NCBI RefSeq assembly: GCF_044704955.1
Contig: NC_091977.1
Coordinates: 429,784,001 to 429,848,000, forward strand
Direction of reading: 5' to 3'
Length of the DNA: 64,000 bases
DNA from: Pristiophorus japonicus
Taxonomy: Eukaryota
A program made the translations under genes and the position numbers. Positions 50,519 through 62,639 of the stretch are shown piece by piece. Position 1 is the stretch's first letter, and each line of letters starts with the position of its first letter. The notes under the pieces are model-generated. The model ran no database searches and was not told the DNA's origin. It was given only the letters and a program-made list of their open reading frames with translations.

Positions 50519-50899
50519 GAGTCCCATTTTTGGAATTAAAAACCTAAGATAACAAAATAGTTTACATTATCAGATTTATAGATGTAAAAAAAATACCTTA
50601 TAGATTCTGGAATTTTCCTCTCCGTAAATAATTGGTGTTTCACTCACCAACAGCAGGTTTGGAAACAGTGATTTGTTTTCAAACTTTAAATGTAAACAAC
50701 AGGACAGTATATTTCACAGCTTGACACACTTTCAAAGTAAAAATTGAAATAAGTAGCTTCTATTTACAACTTTAGTATACTAATTCATCACTTTGCGTTC
50801 AAATCATTTTCACAAACAAAAACATCGAATCCTGTAATGTTCCAGGATATTCTTTTTAGTGATTGCTCAATGTTGTGCATCTTTTGGGCACTACACTGC

Positions 50900-51420
50900 A
50901 GTGGCACAGGCAGGGGAGTGTTCAGGATTTCCACACACCTCTGCAATTTCGATGATTCTTTTTTTTAAATCGAACTACTACTCCTTTTGAAAGAAGCCCA
51001 ATTGTGCCAGGAGAATAGCATTGTCTCCAATAGTCAAAGTCGCTGCTGCCTTTAATATCTGTGCAGCTGGATCCTTCCAGGCAGGATCGGATAGCTTTTG
51101 TCACATTTGCCATGCAGCAGTTCACTGCTGCAGAAAGGGTCACTGATGCTTTCTTCAGGTGGGCTACACAGCTCATTTCCTTCTCAATGGAACCAGATAA
51201 ACAAAGAGTAAATTATCTAATGCTACAGGCAGTGTTCCCACAGGTACAAGGAGCAATTGATGGAAAGCATATGGAACTGAAAACCTTACATGAGAACCCC
51301 TTCAATTTCATGAACAGAAAAGGCTTTCATTCAGTTAGTATGTGCTGCTAGTCACCTTACCCTGTATGTTAATATCCAGAAGCTGTCAAGTTGCTTTCAT
51401 CAGGTGCCAATCCACCACAC
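50900..51420 (+). pseudogene. Old Harbinger transposase fragment (copy F)
   Basis: AAGSFQ, VTDAFF, FPQVQGAIDGKH, FMNRKGFHS. Confidence 0.8.
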
Positions 51421-52104
51421 CAACGCTAATGACTCAAAACCAACACATTGTTCAAGGAAACATAGAAACAAAGAAACATAGAAAATAGGTGCAGGAGTAG
51501 GCCATTCGGCCCTTTGAGCCTGCACCACTATTCAATAAGATCATGGCTGATCATTCCCTCAGTACCCCTTTCCTGCTTTCTCTCCATACCCCTTGATCCC
51601 CTTAGCCGTAAAGGCCATATCTAACTCCCTCTTGAATATATCCAATGATCTGGCATCAACAACTTTCTGCGGCAGGGAATTCCACAAGTTAACAACTCTC
51701 TGAGTGAAGAAGTTTCTCCTCATCTCAGTCCTAAATGGCCGACCCCTTATCCTAAGACTATGTCCCCTGGTTCTGGACTTCCCCAACATGGGGAACAATC
51801 TACCCACATCGAACCTGTCCCGCCCCGTCAAAATCTTGTATGTTTCTATGAGTTCCCCTCTCATCCTTCTAAACTCCAGTGTATAAAGGCCCAGTTCATC
51901 CAGTCTCTCCTCATGTGTCAGTCCAGCCATCCCGGGAATCAGTCTGGTGAACCTTCGCTGCGATCCCTCAATAGCAAGAACGTCCTTCCTCAGGTTAGGA
52001 AACCAAAACGGAACACAATACTCCAGGTGGGGCCTCACCAAGGCCCTGTACAACTGCAGTAAGACCTCCCTGCTCCTCTACTCAAATCCCCTAGCTATGA
52101 AGGC

Positions 52105-52795
52105 TGTGGAAATGTATTTTTAGCTAAGCTGATACCACATGGTATTTTTGTGCCCTTTTTAATATATAACAAAATGGAGTCTTGGTCCTTCCAGAAATTT
52201 CTGCATAAAGCAGTCAGCTTGCATAAACAGCTAAACCTGGCTTGAAAGGGCTGATAGCTACCAGACAGCGAGGAGGCAAGTCCTGCTGAGACAAGTACCG
52301 CCACCCCCCCCGTCCCATGGTGCTCACCTATTGTCTATACGATACCAGTTCCACGCCACCCCACCCTTTTCGAAGTACTCAAACCACCAGCCATTATCTC
52401 TTGTAGAGACCTCATCCATTTGATGCAAAAAGATAACTGACCAGGAAACTGGACCATCCTGACACAATGCAAGGCAGGTAACAGCTCATTACCACACTCT
52501 CATTGAGTAATGGCCGGCTGGCCAACTAATAACCCTGACAAAAGGAAATATCTGGAAACCATGTAGTAATTAACTCTTTATCTGTATTCACTGACTGCGA
52601 GACAGAGCCAATACACAGGGAGAGGCCATAACATGGGTTTTACTGTTTAAATATCTCGTGAAACTGTACCATTGAGGAGGTGTTCACTTAGCCACTGACT
52701 GAGTGTGACCTTTCCCTTGCTAGCAAGTAAATTAAAGAAACTTCTGCCGGAGCTGAAGGTGTCCGAGTCGTTTATCGGAGGTCGCGATTTCAACA
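52105..52795 (+). mobile_element. Solo LTR, 691 bp
   Basis: TGTGGAAAT...ATTTCAACA termini (8/9 inverted match), 4-bp TSD AGGC (52101-52104, 52796-52799). CR1 sequence rejoins exactly. TTTAAATA at about 52646 and ATTAAA at 52731 suggest + orientation. Confidence 0.85.
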
Positions 52796-55508
52796 AGGCC
52801 AACATACCATTTGCCTTCTTTACCACCTACTGTATCTGTATGCCAACTTTCAATGACTGATGAACCATGACACCCAGGTCTCGTTGCACCTTCCCTTTTC
52901 CTAATCTGCCACATTCAGATAATATTCTGTCTTTGCGTTTTTGCCCCGAAAGTAGATAACCTCACATTTATCCACATTATACTGCATCTGCCATGCATTT
53001 GCCCACTCACCTAACCTGTTCAAGTCACCCTGCAGCCTCTTAGCATCCCCCTCACAGCTCACACTGCCACCCAGTTTAGTGTCATCTGCAAACTTGGAGA
53101 TATTACACTCAATTCCTTCATCCAAATCATTGATATATATTGTAAAGAGTTGGGGTCCTAGCACTGATCCCTGTGGCACTCCACTAGTCACTGCCTGCCA
53201 TTCTGAAAAGGACCCGTTTAACCCGACTCTCCGCTTCTTGTCTGCCAACCAGTTCTCTATCCACGTCAGTATATTACCCCCGAATACCATGTGCTTTGAT
53301 TTTGCACACCAATCTCTTGTGTGGGACATTGTCAAAAGCCTTTTGAAAGTCCAAATACACCACATCCACTGGTTCTCCCTTGTCCACTCTACTAGTTACA
53401 TCCTCAAAAAATTCCAGAAGATTTCTCAAGCATGATTTCCCCTTCATAAATCCATGCTGACTTGGACCAATCCGGACACTGCTTTCCAAATGCGCTGCTA
53501 TTTCATCTTTAATAATTGATTCCAACATTTTCCCCACCACTGACGTCAGGCTAACCGGTCTATAATTACCCACTTTCTCTCTCCCTCCCTTTTTAAAAAG
53601 TGGTGTTACATTAGCTACCCTCCAGTCCATAGGAACAGATCCAGAGTCAATAGACTGTTGGAAAATGATCACCAATGCATCCACTATTTCTAGGGCCACT
53701 TCCTTAAGTACTCTGGGATGCAGACTATCAGGCCCCGAGGATTCATCAGCCTTCAATCCCATCAATTTCCCTAACACAATTTCCCACCTAATAAGGATAT
53801 CCTTCAGTTCCTCTTTCTCGGTAGACCCTCGGTCCCCTAGTACTTCGGGAAGGTTATTTGGGTCTTCCTTCGTGAAGACAGAACCAAAGTATTTGTTCAA
53901 TTGGTCTGCCATTTCTTTATTCCCCATTATAAATTCACCTGAATCCGACTGCAAGAGACCTACGTTTGTTTTTACTAATCTTTTTCTCTTCACATATCTA
54001 TAGAAGCTTTTGCAGTCAGTTTTTCTGTTCCCTGCAAGCTTACTGTCATACTTTATTTTCCCCTTCTTAATTAAACCCTTTGTCCTCCTCTGCTGAATTC
54101 TAAATTTCTCCCAGTCCTCAGGTTTGCTGTTTTTTCTGGCCAATTTATATGCCTCTTCCTTGGATTTCTTTCCTTAATTTCCCTAGTTAGCCACGGTTGA
54201 GCCACCTTCCCCGTTTTATTTTTAATCCAGACAGGGATGTACAATTGCTGAAGTTCATCCATGTGATCTTTAAATGTTTGCCATTGCCTATCCACGTCAA
54301 ACCTTTAAGTATCATTTGCCAGTCTATTCGAGCCAATTCGCACCTCAAACCATCGAAGTTACCTTTCCTTAAGTCCAGGACCCTAGTTTCTGATTTAACT
54401 GTGTCACTCTCCATCCTAATAAAGAATTCTACCATGTTATGCTCACTCTTCCCCAAGGTGTCTCCCACAACAAGATTGCTAATTAGTCCTTTCTCATTAC
54501 ACATCACCCAGTCTAGGATGGCCAGCTCTCTAGTTGGTTCTTCAACATATTGGTCTAGAAAACCATCCCTAATACCCTCCAGGAAATCCTCCTCCGCGCA
54601 TTGCGACCAGTTTGGTTAGCCCAATCAATATGTAGATTAAAGTCACCCATGATAACTGCTGTACCTTTATTGCATGCATCCCTAATTTCTTGTTTGATGC
54701 TGTCCCCAACCTTACTACTACTGTTTGGTGGACTGTACACAACTCCCACTAGCATTTTCTGCTCCTTGGTATCCAGCAGCTCCACCCATACCGATTCCAC
54801 ATCATCCAAGATAATTATTTTCTTACTATTGCATTAATTTCCTCTTTAACCAGCAATGCCACCCCAACTCTTTTTCCTTTCTGTCTATCCTTCCTAAATG
54901 TTGAATACCCCTGGATGTTGAGTTCCCAGCCTTGGTCACTCTGTAGCCATGTCTCTGTGATGCCAATTACATCATACCCGTTAACTGCTATCCGCGCATT
55001 AATTCATCCACCTTATTCCGAATACTCCTCGCATTGAGACACAGAGCCTTCAGGCTTGTCTTTCTAACACACTTTGCCCTTTTAGAATTTTGCTGTAATG
55101 CGGCCCTTTTTGCCTTAGGTTTCTCTGTCCTCCACTTTTATTTTCTTCTTTCTATCTTTTGCTTCTGCCCCCATTCTACTTCCCTCTGTCTCCCTGCATA
55201 GGTTCCCATTCTCCTGCCATATTAGTTTAACTCCTCCCTAACAGCACTAGCAAACACTCCCCCTAGGACATTGGTTCCGGTCCTGCCCACATGCAGACCA
55301 TCCGGTTTGTACTGGTCCCACCTCCCCCAGAATCGGTTCCAATATCCCAGGAATTTGAATCCCTCCCTTCTGCACCACTCCTCAAGCCACGAATTCATAT
55401 GAGCTATCCTGCAATTCTTACTCTGACTAGCACATGGCACTAGTAGCAATCCTGAGATTACTACTTTTGAAGTCCTACTTTTTAATTTAGCTCCTAGCTC
55501 CCTAAATT

Positions 55509-56441
55509 CATAGAAACAGAGAAACAAAGAAAATAGGTGGAGTAGGCCATTCGGGCTTCTAGCCTGCACTGCCATTCAATGAGTTCATGGCTGAACATGC
55601 AACTTCAGTACCCCATTCCTGATTTCTCGCCATACCCCTTGATCCCTCTAGTAGTAAGGACTACATCTAACTCCTTTTTGAATATATTTAGTGAATTGGC
55701 CTCAACAACTTTCTGTGGTCGGGAATTCCACAGGTTCACCACTCTCTGGGTGAAGAAGTTTCTCCTCATCTCGGTCCTAAATGGCTTACCCCTTATCCTT
55801 AGACTGTGACCCCTGGTTCTGGACTTCTCCAACATTGGGAACATTCTTCCTGCATCTAACCTGTCCAAACCCGTCAGAATTTTAAACGTTTCTATCAGAT
55901 CCCCTCTCATTCTTCTGAACTCCAGTGAATACAAGCCCAGTTGATCAAGTCTTTCTTGATATCTCAGTCCCGCCATCCCGGGAATCAGTCTGGTGAACCT
56001 TCGCTGCACTCCCTCAATAGCAAGAATGTCCTTAAGTTAGGAGACCAAAACTGTACACAATACTCCAGGTGTGGCCTCACCAAGGCCCTGTACAACTGTA
56101 GTAACACCTCCCTGCCCCTGTACTCAAATCCCCTCGCTATGAAGCCAACATGCCATTTGCTTTCTTAACCGCCTGCTGTACCTACATGCCAACTTTCAAT
56201 GACTGATGTACCATGACACCCAGGTCTCGTTGCACCTCCCCTTTTCCTAATCTGTCACCATTCAGATAATAGTCTGTCTCTCTGTTTTTACCACCAAAGT
56301 GGATAACCTCACATTTATCCACATTATACTTCATCTGCCATGCATTTGCCCACTTACCTAACCTATCCAAGTCACTCTGCAGCCTCATAGCATCCTCCTT
56401 GCAGCTCACACTGCCACCCAACTTAGCGTCATCCGCAAATT
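55509..56441 (-). mobile_element. 5'-truncated CR1 inserted into ORF1 of the host CR1
   Basis: Runs from FADD to the 3' tail. Host ORF1 (..DEVLQDE|FRELGAKLK..) is split around it. Confidence 0.9.
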
Positions 56442-56924
56442 TTCGTCTTGTAGGACCTCATCCCGTTTTTTACCTATATCATTAGTACCTATATGCACCA
56501 CGACAACTGTCTGTTCACCCTCCCTTTTCAGAATGCCCTGTACCCGCTCCGAGACATCCTTGACCCTTGCACCAGGGAGGCAACATACCATCCTGCAGTC
56601 TCGGTTGCGGCCGCAGAAACGTCTATATATTCCCCTTACAATTGAATCCCCTATCACTATAGCTGTCCCACTCTTTTTCCTGTCCTGCTGTGCAGCAGAG
56701 CCACCCACGGTGCCATGAACTTGGCTGCTGCTGCCCTCCCCTGGTGAGTCATCCCCTCCAACAGTACCCAAACTGAGTGGCATGAACACTTATCACCAAT
56801 ATGAGCGCATGCATCCCATGATGATGGGACCTACAGATGCACTAGCCTCAATATGCCAGGAAATCAGGAAGCTGTTCCTGCTGCTGACTGCCTCCCCTCC
56901 CCCGAGGCGGTTACCCTCAGACAT

Positions 56925-57687
56925 GGGGATGGATATTTACTGGGGTGGCTTATGTAGGCAGGGGGAGGGAGCGTAGTTTTGGATGGGAAACCCGCAAGTC
57001 TGGGTTTCCCCACAGACTGTGGAGTTTTAACTTGGAAGTCAGCCTGATTGATAGACTTGGCTGCCAGTCGGGTGGTGAGCACTCCAGAAGAGGCCATAAG
57101 GCTAGGAATAGCCAATCCCTGACCCTGGGACGGAGGGGTCCATTCTCGAAGGGGACGTCTCATCCTCAACTTGGTAGCGGGGCTTCCGATTACAGATGGT
57201 GTCCGATCCCTGACCCTGCGGGCTTCGGTTCCCGATACAGTGGGGACCAATTACGAGGGGGGACCTGATCCCCGACCCAAGGGAGTATTTGTATGGGGGT
57301 GGGTGGAGGGTGCTCTCATGGTGGGGGAGCTTGGGGTTGGGAGGAAGTACTTCTGCTCCTCCTGGCCCACAAGGTATGCTCTGAAAGCACTTACCTTTTC
57401 CTCAAGGTTGTTCTCACCTTGCTGGATTTCCCAAGGCTCCGGAAACCTGGCCGACCACAGTAAAACCTGCAAAGCAGGGTTAAATCCGAGGCTTCCAGCC
57501 TCATTAACATATTTAAAATGCCAACCCGCCTGCTGGGAGTGGGTTGTCTGTCTGTCCCTTGTCCCATCTCAGTAAAACCCGAAGTCGACAAGTTAGAACT
57601 GGCTTCCCAACATGCTTGGAATTTTTGCCCATTTAACCTTTGACCAGCACCCAATTCCCCGCCGCTCACCTATGCTAAAATTGCCCC
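56925..57687. mobile_element. Probable Harbinger-type MITE
   Basis: GGGG.. / AAAATTGCCCC ends with CAT on both sides; weak TIR match. Confidence 0.5.
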
Positions 57688-58151
57688 CATTGTGCTCTCT
57701 ATATTTACCTCCCTCCCACAGGTGATAGCCCAATTAGAGTACTATTACCCCTACTAATCCACCCGCATAACTGGGGAATAACCGGTGGATTAGCAGGTGG
57801 GTGGGCAGAAGTCAATCAGCGGGAAATTCAGTCCTGAATGTCTAAGAAAACAACAGCAGGTGATACATTTAACACATACTCAGCCCAAACTAGCTTTAAA
57901 CTGACTGTATATAGCGACACCACTAGTCCTGGCCAGAATGGAGACGTTTGGGTAATTCCCCCTTCATTGACACCTCGAGACCACACTGATATGTGACTGG
58001 GATTGATTTTACGCACATAACTTGTATCATGTAATTATCTTTCACTCACTGCAATTTTCTGGAGAAATCACCGTGCTTTTTATCAGAGAAGTTGTTGCAA
58101 TTTCATTCATGAGTTCTGTTTCCTCTAGTTTGCAGAGACTCTTTTAAAAGG

Positions 58152-58270
58152 GGAGAGAGCAGGGAAGTGGACCAGAGTCCATGATCAGATCAGCCATAAT
58201 CGTATTAAAAGGCGGAGCAGGCTCGAGGCGCTGTATGGCCTACTCCTGCTCCTATTTCTTATGTTATGTT
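58152..58270 (+). mobile_element. CR1 3' UTR fragment
   Basis: Matches 22010-22130. Confidence 0.85.
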
Positions 58271-58838
58271 TAAAATAGACTCTGTAGACTGTTTGCTGTA
58301 GTGTGTTGTTTAAATGGACTCGGTTTGCTGAGTAAAGAAACTTTGTTCACTGTAAAATAGATTGTTTGCTTTAAGTCCCACCTCCAACTCATTGGCTGAC
58401 ACTGATTTTAAATTGTATTTTGAAGTAAATCAACAGTCTTTTGCCTAAGGCAATGTAGGAAGCGGGGAACAAAGGATATTCCTCACCTTTGAGTACAAAA
58501 GGCAACATCTTTCTCATTAGAAATCTCTGTAGGCTTCATTAAATCAGGCACAATACTGTTATCACTTTCAAATGTTTTAATACGAATGGTTTTATTTGCA
58601 TTTAATCACAAAAGATGCATGAACGTCATGGAATAACATCACAGAAAACACGCCGTGGTACAAAGAAAAAAGGTGACACTATAAATTAGATTTAATTCAA
58701 ATCAATGAGCACATCAAATGATAAAGAAAAAACAAGTTGTGACAGAACAGGAATTGGAGATCAGTATCATAATTACAGAACTACTGTTCAGAGATATGCT
58801 AGTTAACTGAAAATCAAGGCATTAATGCTTCACATTAT

Positions 58839-59562
58839 GGGCTCAAAATTGGCCCCTGACGATTTTTGGCACACTCACCTGAGGGGCGCCGCCTCCAAAC
58901 GCCGAAAATCTTCCTGCCGACTATGGCCACTGTCCGGCCTCTCTTCGGTAGTGGCATAGCGTGGCCAGTGGATTGGGGGCGGAGCCAGCGTCCGGCGCTG
59001 AAAACAGTGCCGGGATGTCTGCACATGCACGTTAGAGTGTGTATGCATGCACAGTAGCTCCTCGCCCCCAGCTTGTCTTGCAGCCTGTGAGAGGGACCCG
59101 ATGCTCGCAGTTGCCGACCCTATCCCTGGCCGAGTAGTCTCGGGTCGTCCCGGCCCCATCCCTGGCTGAGTGGTCAGATGAAGGTCGGACTTCTATTTTT
59201 TATTTGTTTTTGATTGCTTATTACTTTTTGTGCTTTGTAAGTCTTGGTGCTTTAGAATATACCTACCTGTGCTGATTTCTTAACTCTCCGCAAGGTTTTT
59301 CTGTGCGGTCACAAGTGACCACATGCGCTGGCCTAAGTTAGTTTGGAGCAACTATTAGTTGTTCAAAGTGGCTTAAATGGCCAAAACTGGCGTAGGTAGT
59401 TGGTAACGCCCCCTTTTGAAAAAAACTAAACTAAACGAAAAAAATCCTAACTAACTCACTTACACTGGTGCAAATTGAATGTGCAAAATGGAGATTTTTA
59501 AGATACTCCAAAAAATCAAGTTGCTCCAAAAAAAAGAGCAGCTCCTGGGCAATTTTGGGCCC
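58839..59562. mobile_element. Harbinger-type MITE with clean termini
   Basis: TIRs GGGCTCAAAATT / AATTTTGGGCCC (11/12 match), 3-bp TSD TAT. Confidence 0.9.
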
Positions 59563-59669
59563 TATATTCTGGTAGATTCACAACTAAACTTTCTTACAAA
59601 CACATGAAAACCAAAAAAGTAATTCTTCTCATAAAGGATTCGATTTACAAAGGTTTGAGCTCCACTAAC

Positions 59670-59837
59670 CACGACAGTAATTTCCACTGGGACCCAGAAA
59701 AGGATTTGTTGATATGGTTGACTTGTTGAAACAGGTCCAGACGGTAATGGTAGTGAAGTTATTAACTGCAATTGATGAACAGGAACCTCATTATCATGAG
59801 ATGTAATGACAAGTGATTTCACCTTGCAGTCTCGTAA
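59670..59837 (-). CDS. Candidate internal coding exon (168 nt, phase 0-0) of an unidentified host gene
   Basis: tgttcttcag|LRDCKVKSLV...FWVPVEITVV|gttagt. Open in one frame only and lies in non-repeat sequence. No homology recognised. Confidence 0.3.
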
Positions 59838-60270
59838 CTGAAGAACATACGTTGCTTAGCACTGGTGAGCAATATATGTTGCAATTATCTTATAAATAAA
59901 TAATTTACAATTACTGTATCTAAATGAAAGCGAGAAACATAATGAGCTAGAGATTCGATTGCCCCCGAAAACAGGCACGTGGATTGCGATGTGGGATCAA
60001 CTCGTGTCCATTCAAAGTACTGCAGGCAGCAAGCCAACTTTGTGCTGCCTGCTGATTAACATGATTGTGGCATGCAACCCAGTGCTGAACGCACTGCTGA
60101 ATGCCGACATGCACAGCAGGGGGCCCAAGTTTGTGCGAAGATAGAACCACTTTAAACTAGTCTGCATTTCTTAAAGGCAATATGCTGCTCTTAAGGGGAG
60201 GTACATTCTGGCTACAACAGGTGATTCAACTGGCTGGGGAAAAGAGTGTGAGCAGGAAGATGTAGTACTG

Positions 60271-62091
60271 ATGGCATAGCAGGGGAGAGAGCATGCTCCA
60301 AGGTTCTTGGATGCAGCACTGGAGACTTTGAAGCAGGAGGTGAACTGGAGGAGAGAGGTCCTCGTTCCACAGGGGGCCAGGAGGCCTTCCAGGTCAATTC
60401 GGACAGGCAATGGGAACAGATAGCCGTTGTGGTCAATGTCAGCAGTGTAGCTGCGAGGACCTGGATGCAGTGCAGGAAGAAGTTTAATTGTCTCATACGA
60501 GTGGTCAAGGTCATGAATTCATCTTCAAATGCTATATCACAATGTCTACACAACTAGCCTCACACACTGCTCAATGCACCACACCCCCATCACTACCTAC
60601 TAACAATCACTACCAAACATGAATCATGCCACACATTCATATTTCACCTCACCCTCACACACTTACCACTGCTGCAAGCCTCACACTCACATCTCATAGC
60701 TTGCACACATTGTCCACTATTCAACCATGACAGACAAATCACCCAAATATATTGCACTATGTTCACTGGCAAACTTCGCTTTCTCTTGCAGATCAAGGCG
60801 GCTCACAACTGGAGGCAGCAGGACTTAAGTGGTGGGGGACAAACGCGTCTGCATGGCCTTACCACGAGAGAGGAGATGCTGCTGGCCATTATTGGGAGGG
60901 CAATCGTTGAGCCCATGGCCAGCGGCGGGGCTGAAACAATATAAATTGATGGTATCCTCATACCTAATCCTCCTTCTCATATTCCATTTCCCCCTCATTC
61001 CACAATCTCTTCTGATTTAAAAGCTGCAGATGGATTAAGCATGCACCTCTTGTTTCCCCCATTCCCCTTACCACAACCCGACTCCTGTGCCTTTCTCATT
61101 TTAGATGGTCAAGAACTGCCAACTGGTAAGGAACTGGTGGAGGAGCAGGAAATGGAATAGGAAGAAGGCAGTGATGCAGAAGATTCAACACCGTCACTGG
61201 ATTTCATACTCGCAACCACCAGCTCAGATACTGACACTCCATGTACTTTAAAGGATAACTTAGACATGGTGAGACACCGGGCAGGAATGGCCTGCAGCCA
61301 GTGTAGGGGGAAAGGGTAGCGCAGGTGCCAGCTCTCCAGAGGGTGCAGTCACACACTCTGCTGTAGAGGACTCAGATGAAAACTCCGACAGGGCGGCTGA
61401 TAGAAGAAGGGTGGACATAATCAAATGCCTGGCATAAAGACTGCGTGCAATGTCAAGGAGCCCGGAGCCCATGATTTCCAGCACGGAAGTGATGGACAAC
61501 TCCATTAGCGCACTTGTGGACCCAACCATCATGCAGTGTCTGACGGCCAATGTCTCAGCTAAAATTGCAGACAAGCAGAAACCATCCAATGTCTGAGTGC
61601 TGCAGTGCTCAGACTTCTGTCATGCAAGCTCAGACTGCTGCCATTGTAGTTGAGTTTACTAGAATGGCAAGAGTAATGCAGGGTGTCGCAGCAGTCCAGC
61701 AATCTGTCCTCTAACAGATTACTATGCTTGTTGAGGCACCACTTCGGGGAGTGTCAGTGGATCCGTAGAGCACAAACCTGCTGTCCTCTCTCAGGATGAC
61801 AGCATTTTTCCTCCCACCACTACTACTCTGCCAGTGATGTTGCTGTTGCCTGTCAGCCAGCTAGCCAAGACTGCTGCTGCCCATACCGTGGTGGTGTAGT
61901 CGAAAGCCAGGCCTTTTACGCCCAAAATGGCTAGATGTCATCCTGCAATGCCATTTGCAGTCTCCCCCACTAAGAGTCAACAGCCTCCCACCAGACATGC
62001 TGCAGCCCCTAGGGTAGCACTGCATAGGAGCACTTGGACAGGCAAAGGCACATGGAAGACAGGCACTAAGGGATTGCACAAGGGTGATTAG
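60271..62091 (+). pseudogene. Harbinger D Myb/SANT partner gene (exons about 60271-60509, 60792-60951, 61105-62091), disrupted
   Basis: HAPRFLDAALETL..WEQIA..RTWMQCRKKFN; cttgcag|IKAAHNWRQQDLSGGG; last exon homologous to 34400-35121 and ending KGLHKGD*. A convergent acidic transposase tail remnant lies at about 62250-62400 (-). Confidence 0.85.
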
Positions 62092-62639
62092 TTGACTTTG
62101 TTACATAATATTGGATGGATTGATGTATAAAGTTGCTTCAGAATATTTATTTTATGATGGCTTTTAATGCTGCATTGTGGCCAAGAGGACACTGTGATGG
62201 TCTGGAACAGAGGGCTGGTAATGTGTTGCGCTTTTGTACAATGGGGATTTGGGTCATGTTCAGTGCAACCGCAGTCGCATGAAGCAATCATGGACAGTCC
62301 AGCTGCAGACAGGATGTTCCGGTTGCCTCCTCCCTTCCTCTGTGCCTCCTCTTCCACCTCTTCCTTCCTCCCCACCCACTCTGCGAGTAGCTTATCCTCT
62401 TGTTTGTTGTCTCTGCTCCATCTCTCTGTCACGATGCAGGCCAAGAGGAATGGCAACTACAGCAACCATGACTGGGAGCAAATGGTCTCACCAGAACCCT
62501 CTAAGTCAGAACCAATGCATTCTCCATTTGCACCACCACTCCCTGTCACCTTACCAACTTTAAACAACTCTGGAAATCACCCAACACATCGACAAACATG
62601 CAGAGAGCCAGTATCATAGAAATTTATGCAGAAAAGGAG

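Larger units (their letters stand above)
51457..56772 (-). mobile_element. Long CR1 LINE (part of ORF1 esterase, disrupted ORF2, 3' tail) hosting a solo LTR and a second CR1
   Basis: ORF1 IVIGDSIVRG..CLPGA..HIGTND..DGLH. ORF2 [27 protein letters not shown]. (TTTCTATG)n-type tail. Confidence 0.93.

Noticed and set aside
58488-58680. Minus-strand exon ending at an AAG|gtgagg donor
   Set aside because: All three frames from the best upstream acceptor contain stops.
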